The notes: generated by a model from the sequence alone, not told the origin. DNA of 64,000 nt from an uncultured Acholeplasmataceae bacterium (GCA_963544405.1 CAUUEZ010000004.1:16741-80740); one strand, 5' to 3'. Counted from the stretch's first letter, positions 27,663 through 41,589 are shown. Made by a program: numbers and translations.

Positions 27663-30047
27663 ATGTCAAAAAAACTTTGTTTTGTGGTTTTATTTTTTAT
27701 TTCCTTTTATTTTGGACTTTTTTCACCTAAACAGGTTGTCGCAAAAGAATCTAGAATCGTTGAAAAAACTTTCATTAAAACAGTAATTTACGAAGGTTTG
27801 CAATATGAAATGCACGCTGAAGGGATTTACCGTGAGTTTGACTTTAGTTTAGACAATCCAGAAAAAGTCTCATTTGACGAACTAAAAAATGCAGTTAAAG
27901 TTTGGTTAAAAGACGCAAACACTGGCGAAAAATATATGGCTGAATCTATAGAATACGCAAAACCAGAAAGTTTTGAAGAAAAATTCTTTTTGACTAACTT
28001 CAAACAAAGGAAAATGCTGGTTAGTTTACTTTGTGAGTTTAGTCGTCTTGCCGATGAACTTGAAGTTAATTTAATTATCAATATTTTAGACAGAGAAAAG
28101 CCAACTATAAACCAAATTAAGCCAATAGTTTTCACAGAACTTAAAAAAGATAGACTTACAGATAAACAAATTGACGAAATTTTAAAGAAACACTTTGTCT
28201 TTAAAGACAATATTTCAACTAAATTAACAACCAAATTACTTGGTGCTGAAGATGTTTTGTTAAACAAACCTGGCAAATACCCAATTGAAGTTCATTGTTT
28301 AGATGAAAACGAAAACCAAACGGTTTTAAAAACCTACATAGAAGTTAAAGACATCGAGGCTCCCAAAATTGAGTTTAAAAAACAAACTGACCAGTTAACT
28401 ACAGTAATCGGTTCGCCGTTTTTTACCTTAAATCAGTTTAATATTACTGACAACAGTGGTGATGAACTTGATATTAAAGTAGAAGGTGAAGATAGGTTAA
28501 ATAGAGTTGGAGTGCACGAACTATCGGTGACTGCTACTGATAAAAGCGGAAACTCAACTACAAAGAAATTCACTGTTGAAGTTAAAGATACAGGAGTTGC
28601 TGAAATTGGTTTTCCTTTTAAAGAAGTAACTAAAGAAGTGCTATCGCCTAGTTTAGACAACGAAAAAATAAAGGCTGAATACACAAACTTCATTGAAGAA
28701 ATTTTAAAATCGGCCGTTGTAAAAGATAAAGTTTACAACCACGAGTTAAGTGAATTAAACCTAGACATTAGTGAAATTAACTTAAGCAAGGTCGGCAAAT
28801 ACAAAGTTACTTTAAACATCTTTAAACCAGGTACACAAGAAATCAGAGGTTCAAAGTCTTTTGTCTTAGAAGTTAAAGACACAACTAAGCCAACCATTGA
28901 GCCCATTCAAACTAAGCAAGATAAAAATAATCAAAAATATGTGCCTGTTCAGATAAATTCTAAGTTTAACTTAACTGACTTATTTGACATAAAAGACAAC
29001 TATGACTTTAAAAGTGAACTTAAAACTACAATTGATAAAACTATTGACACTAAAGAACTTGGCAAATCATATTTAGTAGAAATCTCAGTTCAAGACAAAG
29101 CAGGCAATAAAATCTCAAAATCATACCTGCTAAAAGTTGTAGACTTACTTCCACCTACTTTAGTAAAACAACCAAGAAGTATCTTTTTAAATGTTGGCGA
29201 GAAGTTTCAAGCAAGCAAATATTTTTCATATCAAGATGACACTAAAGTAACCGAAAAACTATACGTTGACGGAGAAGAATATACCTTTAATTTCAGTAAA
29301 CCTGGTAAATACCGCTGTGAACTTAAACTAACCGATGAATACGGAAACGAAACTATACATAGTTTTGTTTGTGTGGTTGGCGACAACATTCCACCAATAT
29401 TGGAATTAAAAGCAAATAGTTTAACTGTCAAATTAAGAGAAACTAATTTACTTGAAACTCTTCGTCAAAATATCGCGGGTATTTTTGACAATGTAGACAA
29501 GTCAATTAACCCTAGCAAATGCCACATTGACGTATCTGGCGTTAACTTAGAAAAATGCGACTACTACAAAGTGTACTACACTGTAAAAGACACTTCGGAA
29601 AATGTGGTGACTAAAGAACTTAGACTTTTAGTTGATGACAAAATAAAACCTACAATTAAAGAAACTAGTCCGCTTGAAATTGACATCGTGACTTTAAAAA
29701 ATAATCCAAGCCAAATTGATTACTTAAAGGGTCTTGAAATTACTGATAACTCAGATACTAAAAACAACAGCAAACTAGACATTTGGCACGAGACAATAGA
29801 TGCCACTAAAAATAAAGAACTACCTAGAACTCTTTTATATACTGCAACTGATGAGCGCGGAAATATACAAACTTATGAACGGACTATAATTTACAAAAAT
29901 AGTAGTAAACTCTGCAGTTTACCAACTGTTGTAAAAATAACCATAACAGTCGGTTTTTCTTTAATTTTAATAGGTAGTATTTTTAGTTATTTTTACTTAA
30001 AAGACTTAAAGTCTTATAAAACAAAAATACGCAAATTTGAACTGTAA
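27663..30047 (+). CDS. Surface protein with repeated bacterial Ig-like (DUF5011/HYR-like) domains, a signal peptide and a C-terminal TM anchor
   Basis: 794 aa. The N-terminal signal is LCFVVLFFISFYFGLFS. Domain-boundary motifs recur: KDIEAPKIEF, KDTTKPTIEP, VDLLPPTLV, GDNIPPILEL, DDKIKPTIKE, together with (T)DxxGN. The C-terminal segment is ITITVGFSLILIGSIFSYFYL. Confidence 0.7.
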   Translation: MSKKLCFVVLFFISFYFGLFSPKQVVAKESRIVEKTFIKTVIYEGLQYEMHAEGIYREFDFSLDNPEKVSFDELKNAVKVWLKDANTGEKYMAESIEYAKPESFEEKFFLTNFKQRKMLVSLLCEFSRLADELEVNLIINILDREKPTINQIKPIVFTELKKDRLTDKQIDEILKKHFVFKDNISTKLTTKLLGAEDVLLNKPGKYPIEVHCLDENENQTVLKTYIEVKDIEAPKIEFKKQTDQLTTVIGSPFFTLNQFNITDNSGDELDIKVEGEDRLNRVGVHELSVTATDKSGNSTTKKFTVEVKDTGVAEIGFPFKEVTKEVLSPSLDNEKIKAEYTNFIEEILKSAVVKDKVYNHELSELNLDISEINLSKVGKYKVTLNIFKPGTQEIRGSKSFVLEVKDTTKPTIEPIQTKQDKNNQKYVPVQINSKFNLTDLFDIKDNYDFKSELKTTIDKTIDTKELGKSYLVEISVQDKAGNKISKSYLLKVVDLLPPTLVKQPRSIFLNVGEKFQASKYFSYQDDTKVTEKLYVDGEEYTFNFSKPGKYRCELKLTDEYGNETIHSFVCVVGDNIPPILELKANSLTVKLRETNLLETLRQNIAGIFDNVDKSINPSKCHIDVSGVNLEKCDYYKVYYTVKDTSENVVTKELRLLVDDKIKPTIKETSPLEIDIVTLKNNPSQIDYLKGLEITDNSDTKNNSKLDIWHETIDATKNKELPRTLLYTATDERGNIQTYERTIIYKNSSKLCSLPTVVKITITVGFSLILIGSIFSYFYLKDLKSYKTKIRKFEL

Positions 30048-30129
30048 ATTAAAGAAAAATAAATTAAAAATTGAACTAAAAAAATTTTAAAATGTTATAC
30101 TAAAATGAAAAAGAGGAGATTAATATACT

Positions 30130-30564
30130 ATGGAAAAAATACTGATTGTCTACTGGTCAGGAACAGGTAACACCGAAATTATGGCCAATGCTATGCTGAC
30201 TGCCTTAAAAGAAAACAACGCTGACGCTGAGTTAAAATGGGTGTCTGAGATTGATGTTCCTGATACATCGAAATACGATAAAATTATTTTTGGTTGCCCA
30301 GCAATGGGAGATAACGTTCTTGAAGAACTAGAGTTTGAACCTTATTTTGCTGAACTGCTTCCGCATTTAAAAGGTCGTAAAATCGCCTTATTTGGCTCTT
30401 ATGGGTGGTATGATGACCCTATTTGGATGGATGTTTGGGAAGATAGAGTAAAAGAAGTAGGTGCACTACTTTTTAGAGAAAAAGGGCTTTCTTGTATCTA
30501 TCAACCAGATGAAGATAAAATTCGCGAATGTATGGAATTCGCAAAAGATTTCATTAACTTCTAA
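30130..30564 (+). CDS. Flavodoxin (short-chain)
   Basis: 144 aa. The FMN-binding N-terminus is ILIVYWSGTGNTE, and FGSYGW is present. Confidence 0.85.
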   Translation: MEKILIVYWSGTGNTEIMANAMLTALKENNADAELKWVSEIDVPDTSKYDKIIFGCPAMGDNVLEELEFEPYFAELLPHLKGRKIALFGSYGWYDDPIWMDVWEDRVKEVGALLFREKGLSCIYQPDEDKIRECMEFAKDFINF

Positions 30565-33449
30565 TGTTTGCCTTAATAAACTTTAAAAGTGCCTTTTCGT
30601 ATCAACACTCGCTAATTTCAGTATCGAATGCAGTTAATTTACAATTGAGTCGAGGATACGATATACCTGTGCTTGCTGACTATAATCTAGGTGGAATGCT
30701 TGAGTTTTTCAAAAGTTGCAAAGATGAGAATAAAACTGGTTTAATTAGCCTTGCTACGCAGTTAAGTATTGAAAAAAATAGTTTAAGTATTTTGATTTTT
30801 CCAAGAAATTCAACTGCTTTTCGTCTTTTACTTAAAAACTATAAGCAAATTGATTCAGACCAAAGTATAGATTTTGATTTTTGCTTTGAGCATAAAGATG
30901 ATTTCTTGTTTGTTATAAGCGAGCAAAACACAGATGTATTAAAAACAGAAAGCGTACAAATAATGCTTGAAAAACTAAGTGCTTTCAATGTTTACTATTT
31001 ACTTGACTTTGCTTATTCAAAAGAGCAAATTAAGGAAGTTGAATACATTGTTAAAAACTACAATATCGCTTTACTACCTGGTTTTAGTGCAGAGTTTTCT
31101 GAAGTTGAACATATTAAAGCGCACTGGTACTTAAGAAAAATTAACGGTAGCGCGGATAAAGAAATTGGTAATCATTATCTACAAACTGCAGAAGAATTTA
31201 AAGAATTAGTTCAAGAATACAATCCAACTCTTCTAGATAACTTAGACGATTTTTTTGACCAAATTCAATTATTTGACTATGAACTTCCAAAGTTTGAAAT
31301 TCCACAAATTTATCCAAATCCAAACGAAGAAATTAAAAACCGAGTTTATGAGTTTTGCGCGCAGCTTGGACCTGAATACCAAGATAGAGCGAAACATGAA
31401 CTTAGTGTGATTACAGAACTTAACTTTGCAAACTACTTTCTGTTAGTTAGCAAAATTTGCAGATGGGCAAAAGCAAACGATGTGCTAATCGGACCTGGTC
31501 GTGGCTCTGCGGTTGGTTCACTTGTTGCTTGGGCTCTTGGAATAACTGAAATTGACCCAGTTAAACATAACTTAATTTTTGAGCGTTTCTTAAATAAGTT
31601 TAGACAAGGATATCCAGATATTGATATTGACGTTGACAGCGCTGATAAATTAAAAGTGGTTAAATATTTAACTGAACTTTTTGGAAACGATAAAATTGCT
31701 TTTGTAAATACACAAAATAAATATTTAGAAAAGTCTACGCTCAACGATGTTGTCAGAATTTTAGCAGTTTCTGAATCTGAAAAAAGAGACATTAAAAGAG
31801 AGGTTGAAGGGAAATTAGAGTATTACACTAAACCGCTTGCTCGCGAAGTTTCGGAAGTTTGTAAAACTCTATACGGAAAAATCCAAACATTTTCAACTCA
31901 CGCTTCTGCTTTAATTGTTTCAAATGTTGAACTGACTGAATACTTGCCAGTTAAAAAATCTCCGTATGATGATTTTAATCAGTTAGTTTTTGATATGAAC
32001 GAACTTGAGTCAATTGGTCTACTTAAACTAGACTTACTTTCTTTAAATAACTTAACGGTTTTAAAGAAACAACTAAATTATGTTAAAAAAATTAACCCTG
32101 ATTTTAAAGGAATAACTGACTTTCAAAATCAAGATACTTTTAAACTAATTGCTAAATCAGATACCGAAGGAATTTTTCAGTTAGAAACAGAAGGACTAAA
32201 AAGACTTTGCAGAAGAATGCAAGCCAAGACTTTTTCAGACCTTATTGACACCTTGGCTCTATGGCGACCTGGTGCACTTGATCAAATAGATGTCTACATA
32301 GAAAACAAAAATAAAGGTTCATTTGAAACTGATTTGCCAGAAGAAATAACTGAAATTATCAAAAGCACTAACGGCATCATTTTATATCAAGAGCAAATTA
32401 TTGAAATTGCTAAAAAAATAGGTGGCTACTCGTTTGCTGAGGCTGATTTCTTTAGAAGAGCGATTTCTAAAAAAGACCAAAGTGTAATTGAAAAAGAACA
32501 TCCTTTATTTTTAAAGAAAGCAACTGCAAACGGCTACAGTCTAGAGGTTGCTGAAAAAATATTTGCATTCATAAAGAAGTTTGCAGAATACGGTTTTAAC
32601 AAAAGCCACTCAGTTAGCTACGCCACTTTGGCTTACCGAATGGCGTATATCAAAGCAAATTACTTCAACTGTTTTGCTGCTGCTTTCTTTGAACTATATA
32701 CAGGAGACACAGAAACTATTGTTAAATACGTTTTTGAGGCAAAACTAAAAGGCTACTTTGTTTTAAATCCACGAGTTTCAATTTCTGGCAAAAAATGCAA
32801 ACTAAGTCAAAACAAAATCTTGCTTCCTTTAACTGTTGTTAAAAGAATTAGCAGGGAAATTGTTGAACAACTAAACTCACAAAAATACACAGACTTTGTT
32901 GATTTTTTAACAAAAACTAAGGACATTTTATCTGAAGAACAACTTGAAAACTTAATTTTTGCAAGTACTTTAGATGGTTTTAGTTTGACTAAAAAACAAA
33001 TGCGCGACCTTGCTATGATGCGTGCACATACTGTCTTGCTTTCAGACTACAAAAAAGATGAATCTGAATACTCAGACAGTGAACTTAGTGATTTTGAGTT
33101 TAAGGCTCTCGGTTTCAACTTAAAATATGATTTACTAAACAAACTGGCAAAAGAAAAGTATTTTGTGCCGTTTTCTGAAATTGAGCGCAGACACTCAATT
33201 ACTACAATTGCTAAAATTAAAAACCAAAAAGTTTTTAAAAGTGCTAAAGGAACTAGTGTGGCTAAGTTTGAACTGGTCCACGCAAACAATGCAATTTCTT
33301 GCACTGCATTCAACGTATGTGCTGATAAAATAAATGACTTAATGCAAAAAGGTAGTGATATTGTTAAAGTAAATGTCAACCGCACAATTTACAAAGACTC
33401 GGTTTCCTATATAGTTGTAGATATTTCTGAGTACACCTTAACTAATTAA
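30564..33449 (+). CDS. dnaE: DNA polymerase III alpha subunit (DnaE type)
   Basis: 961 aa. Motifs are GPGRGSAVGSLVAWALGITEIDP, LLKLDLLSLNNLT and FNKSHSVSYA. The start overlaps the flavodoxin stop (TAATG). Confidence 0.92.
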   Translation: MFALINFKSAFSYQHSLISVSNAVNLQLSRGYDIPVLADYNLGGMLEFFKSCKDENKTGLISLATQLSIEKNSLSILIFPRNSTAFRLLLKNYKQIDSDQSIDFDFCFEHKDDFLFVISEQNTDVLKTESVQIMLEKLSAFNVYYLLDFAYSKEQIKEVEYIVKNYNIALLPGFSAEFSEVEHIKAHWYLRKINGSADKEIGNHYLQTAEEFKELVQEYNPTLLDNLDDFFDQIQLFDYELPKFEIPQIYPNPNEEIKNRVYEFCAQLGPEYQDRAKHELSVITELNFANYFLLVSKICRWAKANDVLIGPGRGSAVGSLVAWALGITEIDPVKHNLIFERFLNKFRQGYPDIDIDVDSADKLKVVKYLTELFGNDKIAFVNTQNKYLEKSTLNDVVRILAVSESEKRDIKREVEGKLEYYTKPLAREVSEVCKTLYGKIQTFSTHASALIVSNVELTEYLPVKKSPYDDFNQLVFDMNELESIGLLKLDLLSLNNLTVLKKQLNYVKKINPDFKGITDFQNQDTFKLIAKSDTEGIFQLETEGLKRLCRRMQAKTFSDLIDTLALWRPGALDQIDVYIENKNKGSFETDLPEEITEIIKSTNGIILYQEQIIEIAKKIGGYSFAEADFFRRAISKKDQSVIEKEHPLFLKKATANGYSLEVAEKIFAFIKKFAEYGFNKSHSVSYATLAYRMAYIKANYFNCFAAAFFELYTGDTETIVKYVFEAKLKGYFVLNPRVSISGKKCKLSQNKILLPLTVVKRISREIVEQLNSQKYTDFVDFLTKTKDILSEEQLENLIFASTLDGFSLTKKQMRDLAMMRAHTVLLSDYKKDESEYSDSELSDFEFKALGFNLKYDLLNKLAKEKYFVPFSEIERRHSITTIAKIKNQKVFKSAKGTSVAKFELVHANNAISCTAFNVCADKINDLMQKGSDIVKVNVNRTIYKDSVSYIVVDISEYTLTN

Positions 33450-33458
33450 AATCAAACA

Positions 33459-33485
33459 AAAAATGCAGGTATTACCTGCATTTTT
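33459..33485. terminator. Bidirectional terminator between convergent dnaE and atpC
   Basis: A perfect hairpin, AAAAATGCAGGT-att-ACCTGCATTTTT. Confidence 0.8.
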
Positions 33486-33502
33486 CAATTTAGCATTAAG
33501 TT

Positions 33503-36141
<2,639 letters not shown>

Positions 36142-36142
<1 letters not shown>

Positions 36143-37644
36143 TAAAGAACCTTTTTGATCTTCAAAATCAGTTCTGCCATTAGCGTGTCTTCAGGAAAAT
36201 CTTTAGTTTGAGAAATTGCCTTGTAAACCGCTTTTCCAGTCTCTTCACTTTGCAGAAACTTAGTGACAAAATTAACAAAAGTTTTAACTTTAGCCATAGG
36301 AATGTCGTCAAGCAGTTCACGGTTAAGTGCCCAAAGCACGCAAGCAAGTGTGGTAAAGTCAATTAGATCATGAATATTTTGCTTAAAAATTTCAATGACC
36401 AGACGACCTCTGGCTAGTTTCTTTAAAGAAAGTTCATCTAAATCTGAGCCAAATTGTGAGAAAGACTCAAGTTCTTTATATGACGCTAAAAATATACGAA
36501 GTAGTCCAGACACTCGCTTAACTGCTTTAAACTGAGCAGAGCCACCAACTCGGGAAACCGATAGTCCTGAGTTAATAGCGGGACGAATACCTTTGTAAAA
36601 AAGTTCGGTTTCTAAAAAAATTTGTCCATCAGTAATAGAAATTACGTTAGTTGGAATATAGGCAGAAATGTCTCCTGCTTTAGTTTCAATAATCGGAAGC
36701 GCGGTAAGTGAGCCTCCACCTAAAACTTTAGATAATTTTGCAGAGCGTTCAAGTAGTCTTGAGTGCAGGTAAAATATGTCTCCAGGAAAAGCCTCGCGGC
36801 CAGGTGGGCGTTTAAGTAGTAGCGAAAGTTCGCGGTAAGCAACAGCGTGCTTTGAAAGGTCGTCGTAAACTATTAAAACATCGCGTCCACGTTCAGCGAA
36901 GTATTCGGCCATAGAACACGCTGAAAATGGAGCCAAATACTGAAGCGTTCCTTCTTTGTGAGCGGGTGCTGAGACTATAATTGTGTAGTCAAGTGCGTTG
37001 TGTTCTTCTAAAGTTTTTCTAATTTGTGCAACAGTTTGTTGTTTTTGGCCAATTGCTGTGTAGACACATATTACATTTTTACCCTGTTGGTTTAAAATTG
37101 TGTCAATAGCAATAGAGGTTTTTCCGGTTTGTCTGTCGCCAATAATTAACTCTCTTTGGCCTTTGCCAATCGGAATCAAGGCATCTATCATTCCAATGCC
37201 TGTAAGCAGTGGTTCGTTGACGTGGTCTCGCTCCATCACGGCGTGCGCAGGCCTTTCAATTGGCAGAGTTTCTGAAGTTATAATTTTTTCAAGTCCGTCT
37301 TGTGGTTCTCCCAGCGGGTCAACCACACGACCAAGTAAGGCCTCGCCAACCGGCACTTCAAAGATTTTACCGGTTAACCTACACTCATCGCCTTCCTTAA
37401 TTGAAAAAATATCTCCTAGTAAAATAATTCCGACTTTATCAACTTCTAAGTTAAAAATTACTCCAAAACAAGATCTGTTAAATACGACTTTTTCGCCCAT
37501 CATGGCGTTTTTAAGTCCATAGCAAAAACATATTCCATCACCGACTGTCAAAATATAGCCGACTTCTTGGAACTGGCTTTCGTTTTGTTGAGCCTTCAGC
37601 TCTTCTTCAATTTGAGTTTGCAGTTTTTTGATATCTAAAGCCAT
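36142..37644 (-). CDS. atpA: F1 ATP synthase alpha subunit
   Basis: 500 aa. Motifs are [17 protein letters not shown] and [13 protein letters not shown]. Confidence 0.95.
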
Positions 37645-37658
37645 TTTGTTTCCTTTCT

Positions 37659-38177
37659 TTATCTAAACATTTCTCTTAATTTGGTTAAAACTGACAAGTC
37701 CAGGCTGCGGCCAGCATAATCAATCTTAAGGCCATCTATTAGTTTTGGATTGATTTCTTGTCTTAAAATTAAGGCCTTGCCTTGAATAATTTTTTTAAGT
37801 TCAGATGTTAGAGTTTTAATTTGTGTATCTGTTAGTTTTTTAGGCGAAGAAATAGTTACATACGCTTGATTTTTTTCAATGTTTTGCAGGCGCATAAACT
37901 CCGCATAAATTTTGTCAATTGCCAAAATTGCTTTGTCTTTAATTAAAATTTTTACAAAACTTTGAGTTTCTTTACTGAACTGAGCAAGAACTCTTTCGGC
38001 GTCTATGCGGCCATATGCCAGTGCTGAAATTAACTCAGGGCTTTTGGCATAAATATTTTTAAAAGTGCGGAGTTCTTCAATTAAAACCTTTTGTGAAGTT
38101 TTGTCTTTAACAAAATTAAAATAGGCGTGTGCGTATTTGGCGTAGTTATTTTTTTGCATTTTCAAGTTCAGTTTCAA
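37659..38177 (-). CDS. atpH: F1 ATP synthase delta subunit
   Basis: 172 aa. Assigned from operon position and OSCP-like length. Confidence 0.8.
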   Translation of the reverse strand: MKLNLKMQKNNYAKYAHAYFNFVKDKTSQKVLIEELRTFKNIYAKSPELISALAYGRIDAERVLAQFSKETQSFVKILIKDKAILAIDKIYAEFMRLQNIEKNQAYVTISSPKKLTDTQIKTLTSELKKIIQGKALILRQEINPKLIDGLKIDYAGRSLDLSVLTKLREMFR

Positions 38178-38700
38178 TTAAAAGATCAAGTTCGTTTTCG
38201 TATAAGTTTTTATCAATTTCTTTTTTGACAATTAACTTAGTAGCCTTGTAGGAAATCGCTTTAATTGCTTGTTTGATTTCTGCTTCTTTTTCTTTAATTT
38301 CAGCCTCAATTTCGTTGTCTAGTTTAGCAAGTCGTCGTTCTGCGGTTTTTTTAGCTTTAGCCAAAATTTCGTCGCGTTCTAATTGGGCGTCTTTAATTAA
38401 AGTGTCTCTCATTTGTTCGATGTCATCACGGGCAGATAAATACTTCTGACTAATTTCTGCCTTTAAGGCTTTGATTTCTTCTTGTGCTTTATTCGCTTCT
38501 TGTTTTTCTTTAATTTCCTGCATTCTGTGTTCATCTAAAAACTTAGTGATTTTTTTCCAAAAGAAAAAACGCACTATTAGATAAAGAATAAACAGCGCAG
38601 TTAATTGATAGACAATAATAGACCAATCTGAAAACATTGAGTAAAGACCTTTTTCCACGGTCTTTACGATGTTTTTAGAAATATCTGTATAAATAGTCAT
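38146..38700 (-). CDS. atpF: Fo ATP synthase subunit b
   Basis: A single N-terminal TM followed by a long charged helix. The true start may be the internal ATG at 38637 (MFSDWS...). Confidence 0.8.
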   Translation of the reverse strand: MTIYTDISKNIVKTVEKGLYSMFSDWSIIVYQLTALFILYLIVRFFFWKKITKFLDEHRMQEIKEKQEANKAQEEIKALKAEISQKYLSARDDIEQMRDTLIKDAQLERDEILAKAKKTAERRLAKLDNEIEAEIKEKEAEIKQAIKAISYKATKLIVKKEIDKNLYENELDLLIETELENAKK

Positions 38701-38728
38701 TTTTAAAAAAGCGAAACTAAATCGGTGT

Positions 38729-38995
38729 TTATTTACTTGCTAAAGTAAAGGCAACAACCATACCGTAGATGGCAGAAGTTTCAACGACGGTTTGGGCAAT
38801 GATCATTAAAATCATAATTTTGTTTGAAGCCTCTGGTTGACGAGCAACACCTTCAACGGCTTTCATGCCAATTAAACCTTGTCCAATTGAAGTTGCAAAA
38901 CCAGTAAATACAGCAATACCAGCGCCAATATAGGCAAGCGAACCTACAACTTGCATTAAGTTTAAATTAGCAATTAAGTTTAAAATTGTGTCCAT
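38729..38995 (-). CDS. atpE: Fo ATP synthase subunit c
   Basis: 88 aa. A hairpin proteolipid with the GVARQPEA loop. Confidence 0.9.
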   Translation of the reverse strand: MDTILNLIANLNLMQVVGSLAYIGAGIAVFTGFATSIGQGLIGMKAVEGVARQPEASNKIMILMIIAQTVVETSAIYGMVVAFTLASK

Positions 38996-39014
38996 GAAAT
39001 ATATCCTCCTAATT

Positions 39015-39749
39015 TTAATTTTTTGCGTTTTTGTATACTAAATTATACTCTAGTAAAAAGTTTTCATCTGTGTTTTCATACTTATCAGTATTCTCGGTCT
39101 TTTGCGAAATCGCAATAACAGTTAGTAGTACAAACACCAAGGTTTGAATACAACCAAACAGAATATCAAAGATAAAATGCATAATTGGCGTGACAAACGG
39201 AGAAAGACCGCCTAGTAGTGAGTAGACTAAAGAAAGCAGAATTCCGCCACTCACTATATTTCCAAATAAACGAAAACTCATAGAAAGAATGGGCGTGAAC
39301 TCAGAAAGCAGGTTAATTGGAAACATAATAGAAACTGGTTCAAACAAACCTTTAAAGTGTTTGGCTTTTCTTGACTTTAGTCCAATTTGATGTTTGCAAT
39401 ATAGTGAAAACAGGGTTAGCGGAACTGTGATTGCGGTGAAGGCAGTTGGTGTAATTAGTCCAAAAATTCCCGAAATATTGGCAAACAAAATAAAGAAAAT
39501 CAGTGTGAAGATATAAGGAGCAGCGGTTCGCCAGTGAATCCCGATGTTTTGTTTTAAGAAAGTGTTGACGCTGTCAACCGCTTTAATGTGCCAGTAGAGA
39601 AACTTATTTGGTTCTTTTCCGCTGAGTCTTTCAACAGCAGCGCCAATTGCAGAGACGTATACAGCAATTATTGTCATTATGAAAAGAGATGCAAAAAAAT
39701 ACGGAGTAATCGCTTGTGGGAACTTATTGATTTCTAGATTTTCTAACAT
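39015..39749 (-). CDS. atpB: Fo ATP synthase subunit a
   Basis: 244 aa, polytopic. It contains LSMSFRLFGNI, with the conserved Arg. Confidence 0.9.
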   Translation of the reverse strand: MLENLEINKFPQAITPYFFASLFIMTIIAVYVSAIGAAVERLSGKEPNKFLYWHIKAVDSVNTFLKQNIGIHWRTAAPYIFTLIFFILFANISGIFGLITPTAFTAITVPLTLFSLYCKHQIGLKSRKAKHFKGLFEPVSIMFPINLLSEFTPILSMSFRLFGNIVSGGILLSLVYSLLGGLSPFVTPIMHFIFDILFGCIQTLVFVLLTVIAISQKTENTDKYENTDENFLLEYNLVYKNAKN

Positions 39750-40126
39750 ATTTCTCCTTTCACAATTTTTGTTTCAACCAAAATAGCAATACTTGCGAGT
39801 ACTATACTTCCGGCCAAAGTGGTGCCAAAACTTAAATAATTTAAGCCAGGTGTTTTTAACTTTAAAATACTGCTTAAAATAAAGATTAGTAAAAACAGTG
39901 TAAATATCACAAAGTTTTGCAAAATAGTAAATCCAAAAACTTGTGCTTTTTTAAAAGTTTTTAACTCTATTTTTAAAATTAAAGTAAACAAAAAACAATA
40001 AACTAAAGCAAGGTTTGCAAATAAATACGCAGTTTTATCAATGTACAACCAAACAAGGCTAGAAATAAAACTAAATAAGTAAAGAAAATAGACAAAGTGG
40101 TTAATCGTTTTGATTTTCATCGCCAA
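39743..40126 (-). CDS. Small polytopic membrane protein in the AtpI position
   Basis: 127 aa and about 4 TM segments. It lies immediately upstream of atpB, with overlapping ends. Confidence 0.55.
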   Translation of the reverse strand: MAMKIKTINHFVYFLYLFSFISSLVWLYIDKTAYLFANLALVYCFLFTLILKIELKTFKKAQVFGFTILQNFVIFTLFLLIFILSSILKLKTPGLNYLSFGTTLAGSIVLASIAILVETKIVKGEIC

Positions 40127-40367
40127 TTTTTGGGGTGTCTTGAGGTTTTGTTTCCTTCTTCTCAGTTTTAATTAGTTTGCGGTAAATGTTTAGAGCAAAA
40201 GAAATTGAAGAAACAAATCCAATTCCAAAACCAATTAAAGCAGCAACGCCAATGCCAACTGAACTATAGCCTGACTTTTTGGCAATCAAAGCACCAACTG
40301 CCGTTGGGATTAGTAGTGAAAAAATAATTTGACTGACAAGTAAATACCAGGCTCCGAATTTTTTCAT
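40101..40367 (-). CDS. AtpZ/AtpI-family small membrane protein
   Basis: 88 aa with two TM segments, at the head of the atp operon. Confidence 0.55.
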   Translation of the reverse strand: MKKFGAWYLLVSQIIFSLLIPTAVGALIAKKSGYSSVGIGVAALIGFGIGFVSSISFALNIYRKLIKTEKKETKPQDTPKIGDENQND

Positions 40368-40370
40368 AAA

Positions 40371-40991
40371 TTACTTAGTTCCAAATAAACGGTCGCCACA
40401 ATCCCCAAGTCCAGGAACAATGTAGCCGTTTTCATTCAAGTGATTGTCTTCTTGTGCTAAATAAATATCAACGTCTGGATGTTTTTCTTGTAGTAACTGA
40501 ATGCCTTCAGGACAACCAACAATACCTGCGTATCTGATGTTTTTAACACCAATTTCTTTAAGAGCCTGAATTGCGTAAGCAGCAGAATGACCAGTTGCTA
40601 ACATTGGATCTAGCACAATAACAAGCGAGTTTTTGGTGTTTTCAGGAACTTTAAAGAAATATTTTTTTGGCTCCAAGGTCTCTTCGTCGCGATACAGCCC
40701 AATGTGTCCGATTTTGGCAGTTGGAATTAAACTACAAACCCCTTCAACCATACCAAGTCCTGCTCTTAAAACCGGAATTAAAACAACTTCTTCTTTGAGT
40801 TCCTGACATTTAGTTTTAACAATCGGAGTAGTAACTTCCACGGTTTTAGTTTGAAAATCGCGAGAAAGTTCATAAGTTACCAAGGTAGCGATTTCAGAAA
40901 CCAGTTCTCTAAATTCTTTGGTTTTAGTGTGAACTGAACGCAGTTGGCTCATTTTGTGTTCAATTAGTGGGTGATTTAAAATTTTTACCAT
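40371..40991 (-). CDS. upp: Uracil phosphoribosyltransferase
   Basis: 206 aa. Motifs are HPLIEHK...[11 protein letters not shown] and [12 protein letters not shown]. Confidence 0.93.
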   Translation of the reverse strand: MVKILNHPLIEHKMSQLRSVHTKTKEFRELVSEIATLVTYELSRDFQTKTVEVTTPIVKTKCQELKEEVVLIPVLRAGLGMVEGVCSLIPTAKIGHIGLYRDEETLEPKKYFFKVPENTKNSLVIVLDPMLATGHSAAYAIQALKEIGVKNIRYAGIVGCPEGIQLLQEKHPDVDIYLAQEDNHLNENGYIVPGLGDCGDRLFGTK

Positions 40992-41007
40992 TGTCTACTC
41001 CTTTTAA

Positions 41008-41442
41008 TTAAAGTGAGTTTAGCATGTCAACTCTACGTTGATGTCTGCCCGCTTCAAATTCAGTTTGCAAAAACTCTTCAACAAACTCAATTAACACACT
41101 TGACTCAAATCCGCGTCCGCTTAACGCAATTATGTTTGCGTTGTTGTGTAGTTTTGCTAAGTGTGCGGCTTCTTTGGTGTAAACCAAGGCACATCTGGCG
41201 CCTTTGACTTTATTGGCAGCGATAGAAATACCAATTCCAGAACCACAGACAACAATGCCAAGTGAGTCCTTCGTTTCAACTACTTTTCTGGCAACTTTTT
41301 CACCGAAAACAGGATAGTCAACTGAACCTGTTGAGTTAGTTCCAAGGTCAGTAATTATGTACTTAGTAGTTTCTTTTAAATGTGTTTTGATTTTTTCTTT
41401 TGCCGAAAAACCAGCATGGTCAGATCCAATAAATATTTCCAT
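41008..41442 (-). CDS. rpiB: Ribose-5-phosphate isomerase B
   Basis: 144 aa. Motifs are IFIGSDHAGF and VCGSGIGISIAANK. Confidence 0.9.
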   Translation of the reverse strand: MEIFIGSDHAGFSAKEKIKTHLKETTKYIITDLGTNSTGSVDYPVFGEKVARKVVETKDSLGIVVCGSGIGISIAANKVKGARCALVYTKEAAHLAKLHNNANIIALSGRGFESSVLIEFVEEFLQTEFEAGRHQRRVDMLNSL

Positions 41443-41535
41443 GATTACCTACCTTTTTAGAACTTTTTTTCGTCATTATATAATATTATATTACAATTTT
41501 AAAGGTTTGTAAATATTTCAAATGAGTGATTTGTT

Positions 41536-41564
41536 TGCATGTTTTTTTAAAATGTGTTATTATA
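41536..41564 (+). promoter_or_regulatory. Sigma-70-type promoter with an extended -10, driving the 36-codon ORF
   Basis: TTGCAT (41536-41541), a 17-nt spacer ending in TGt, then TATTAT (41559-41564). Confidence 0.5.
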
Positions 41565-41589
41565 ATAAAATACGAAAGGAGGAAAAACA

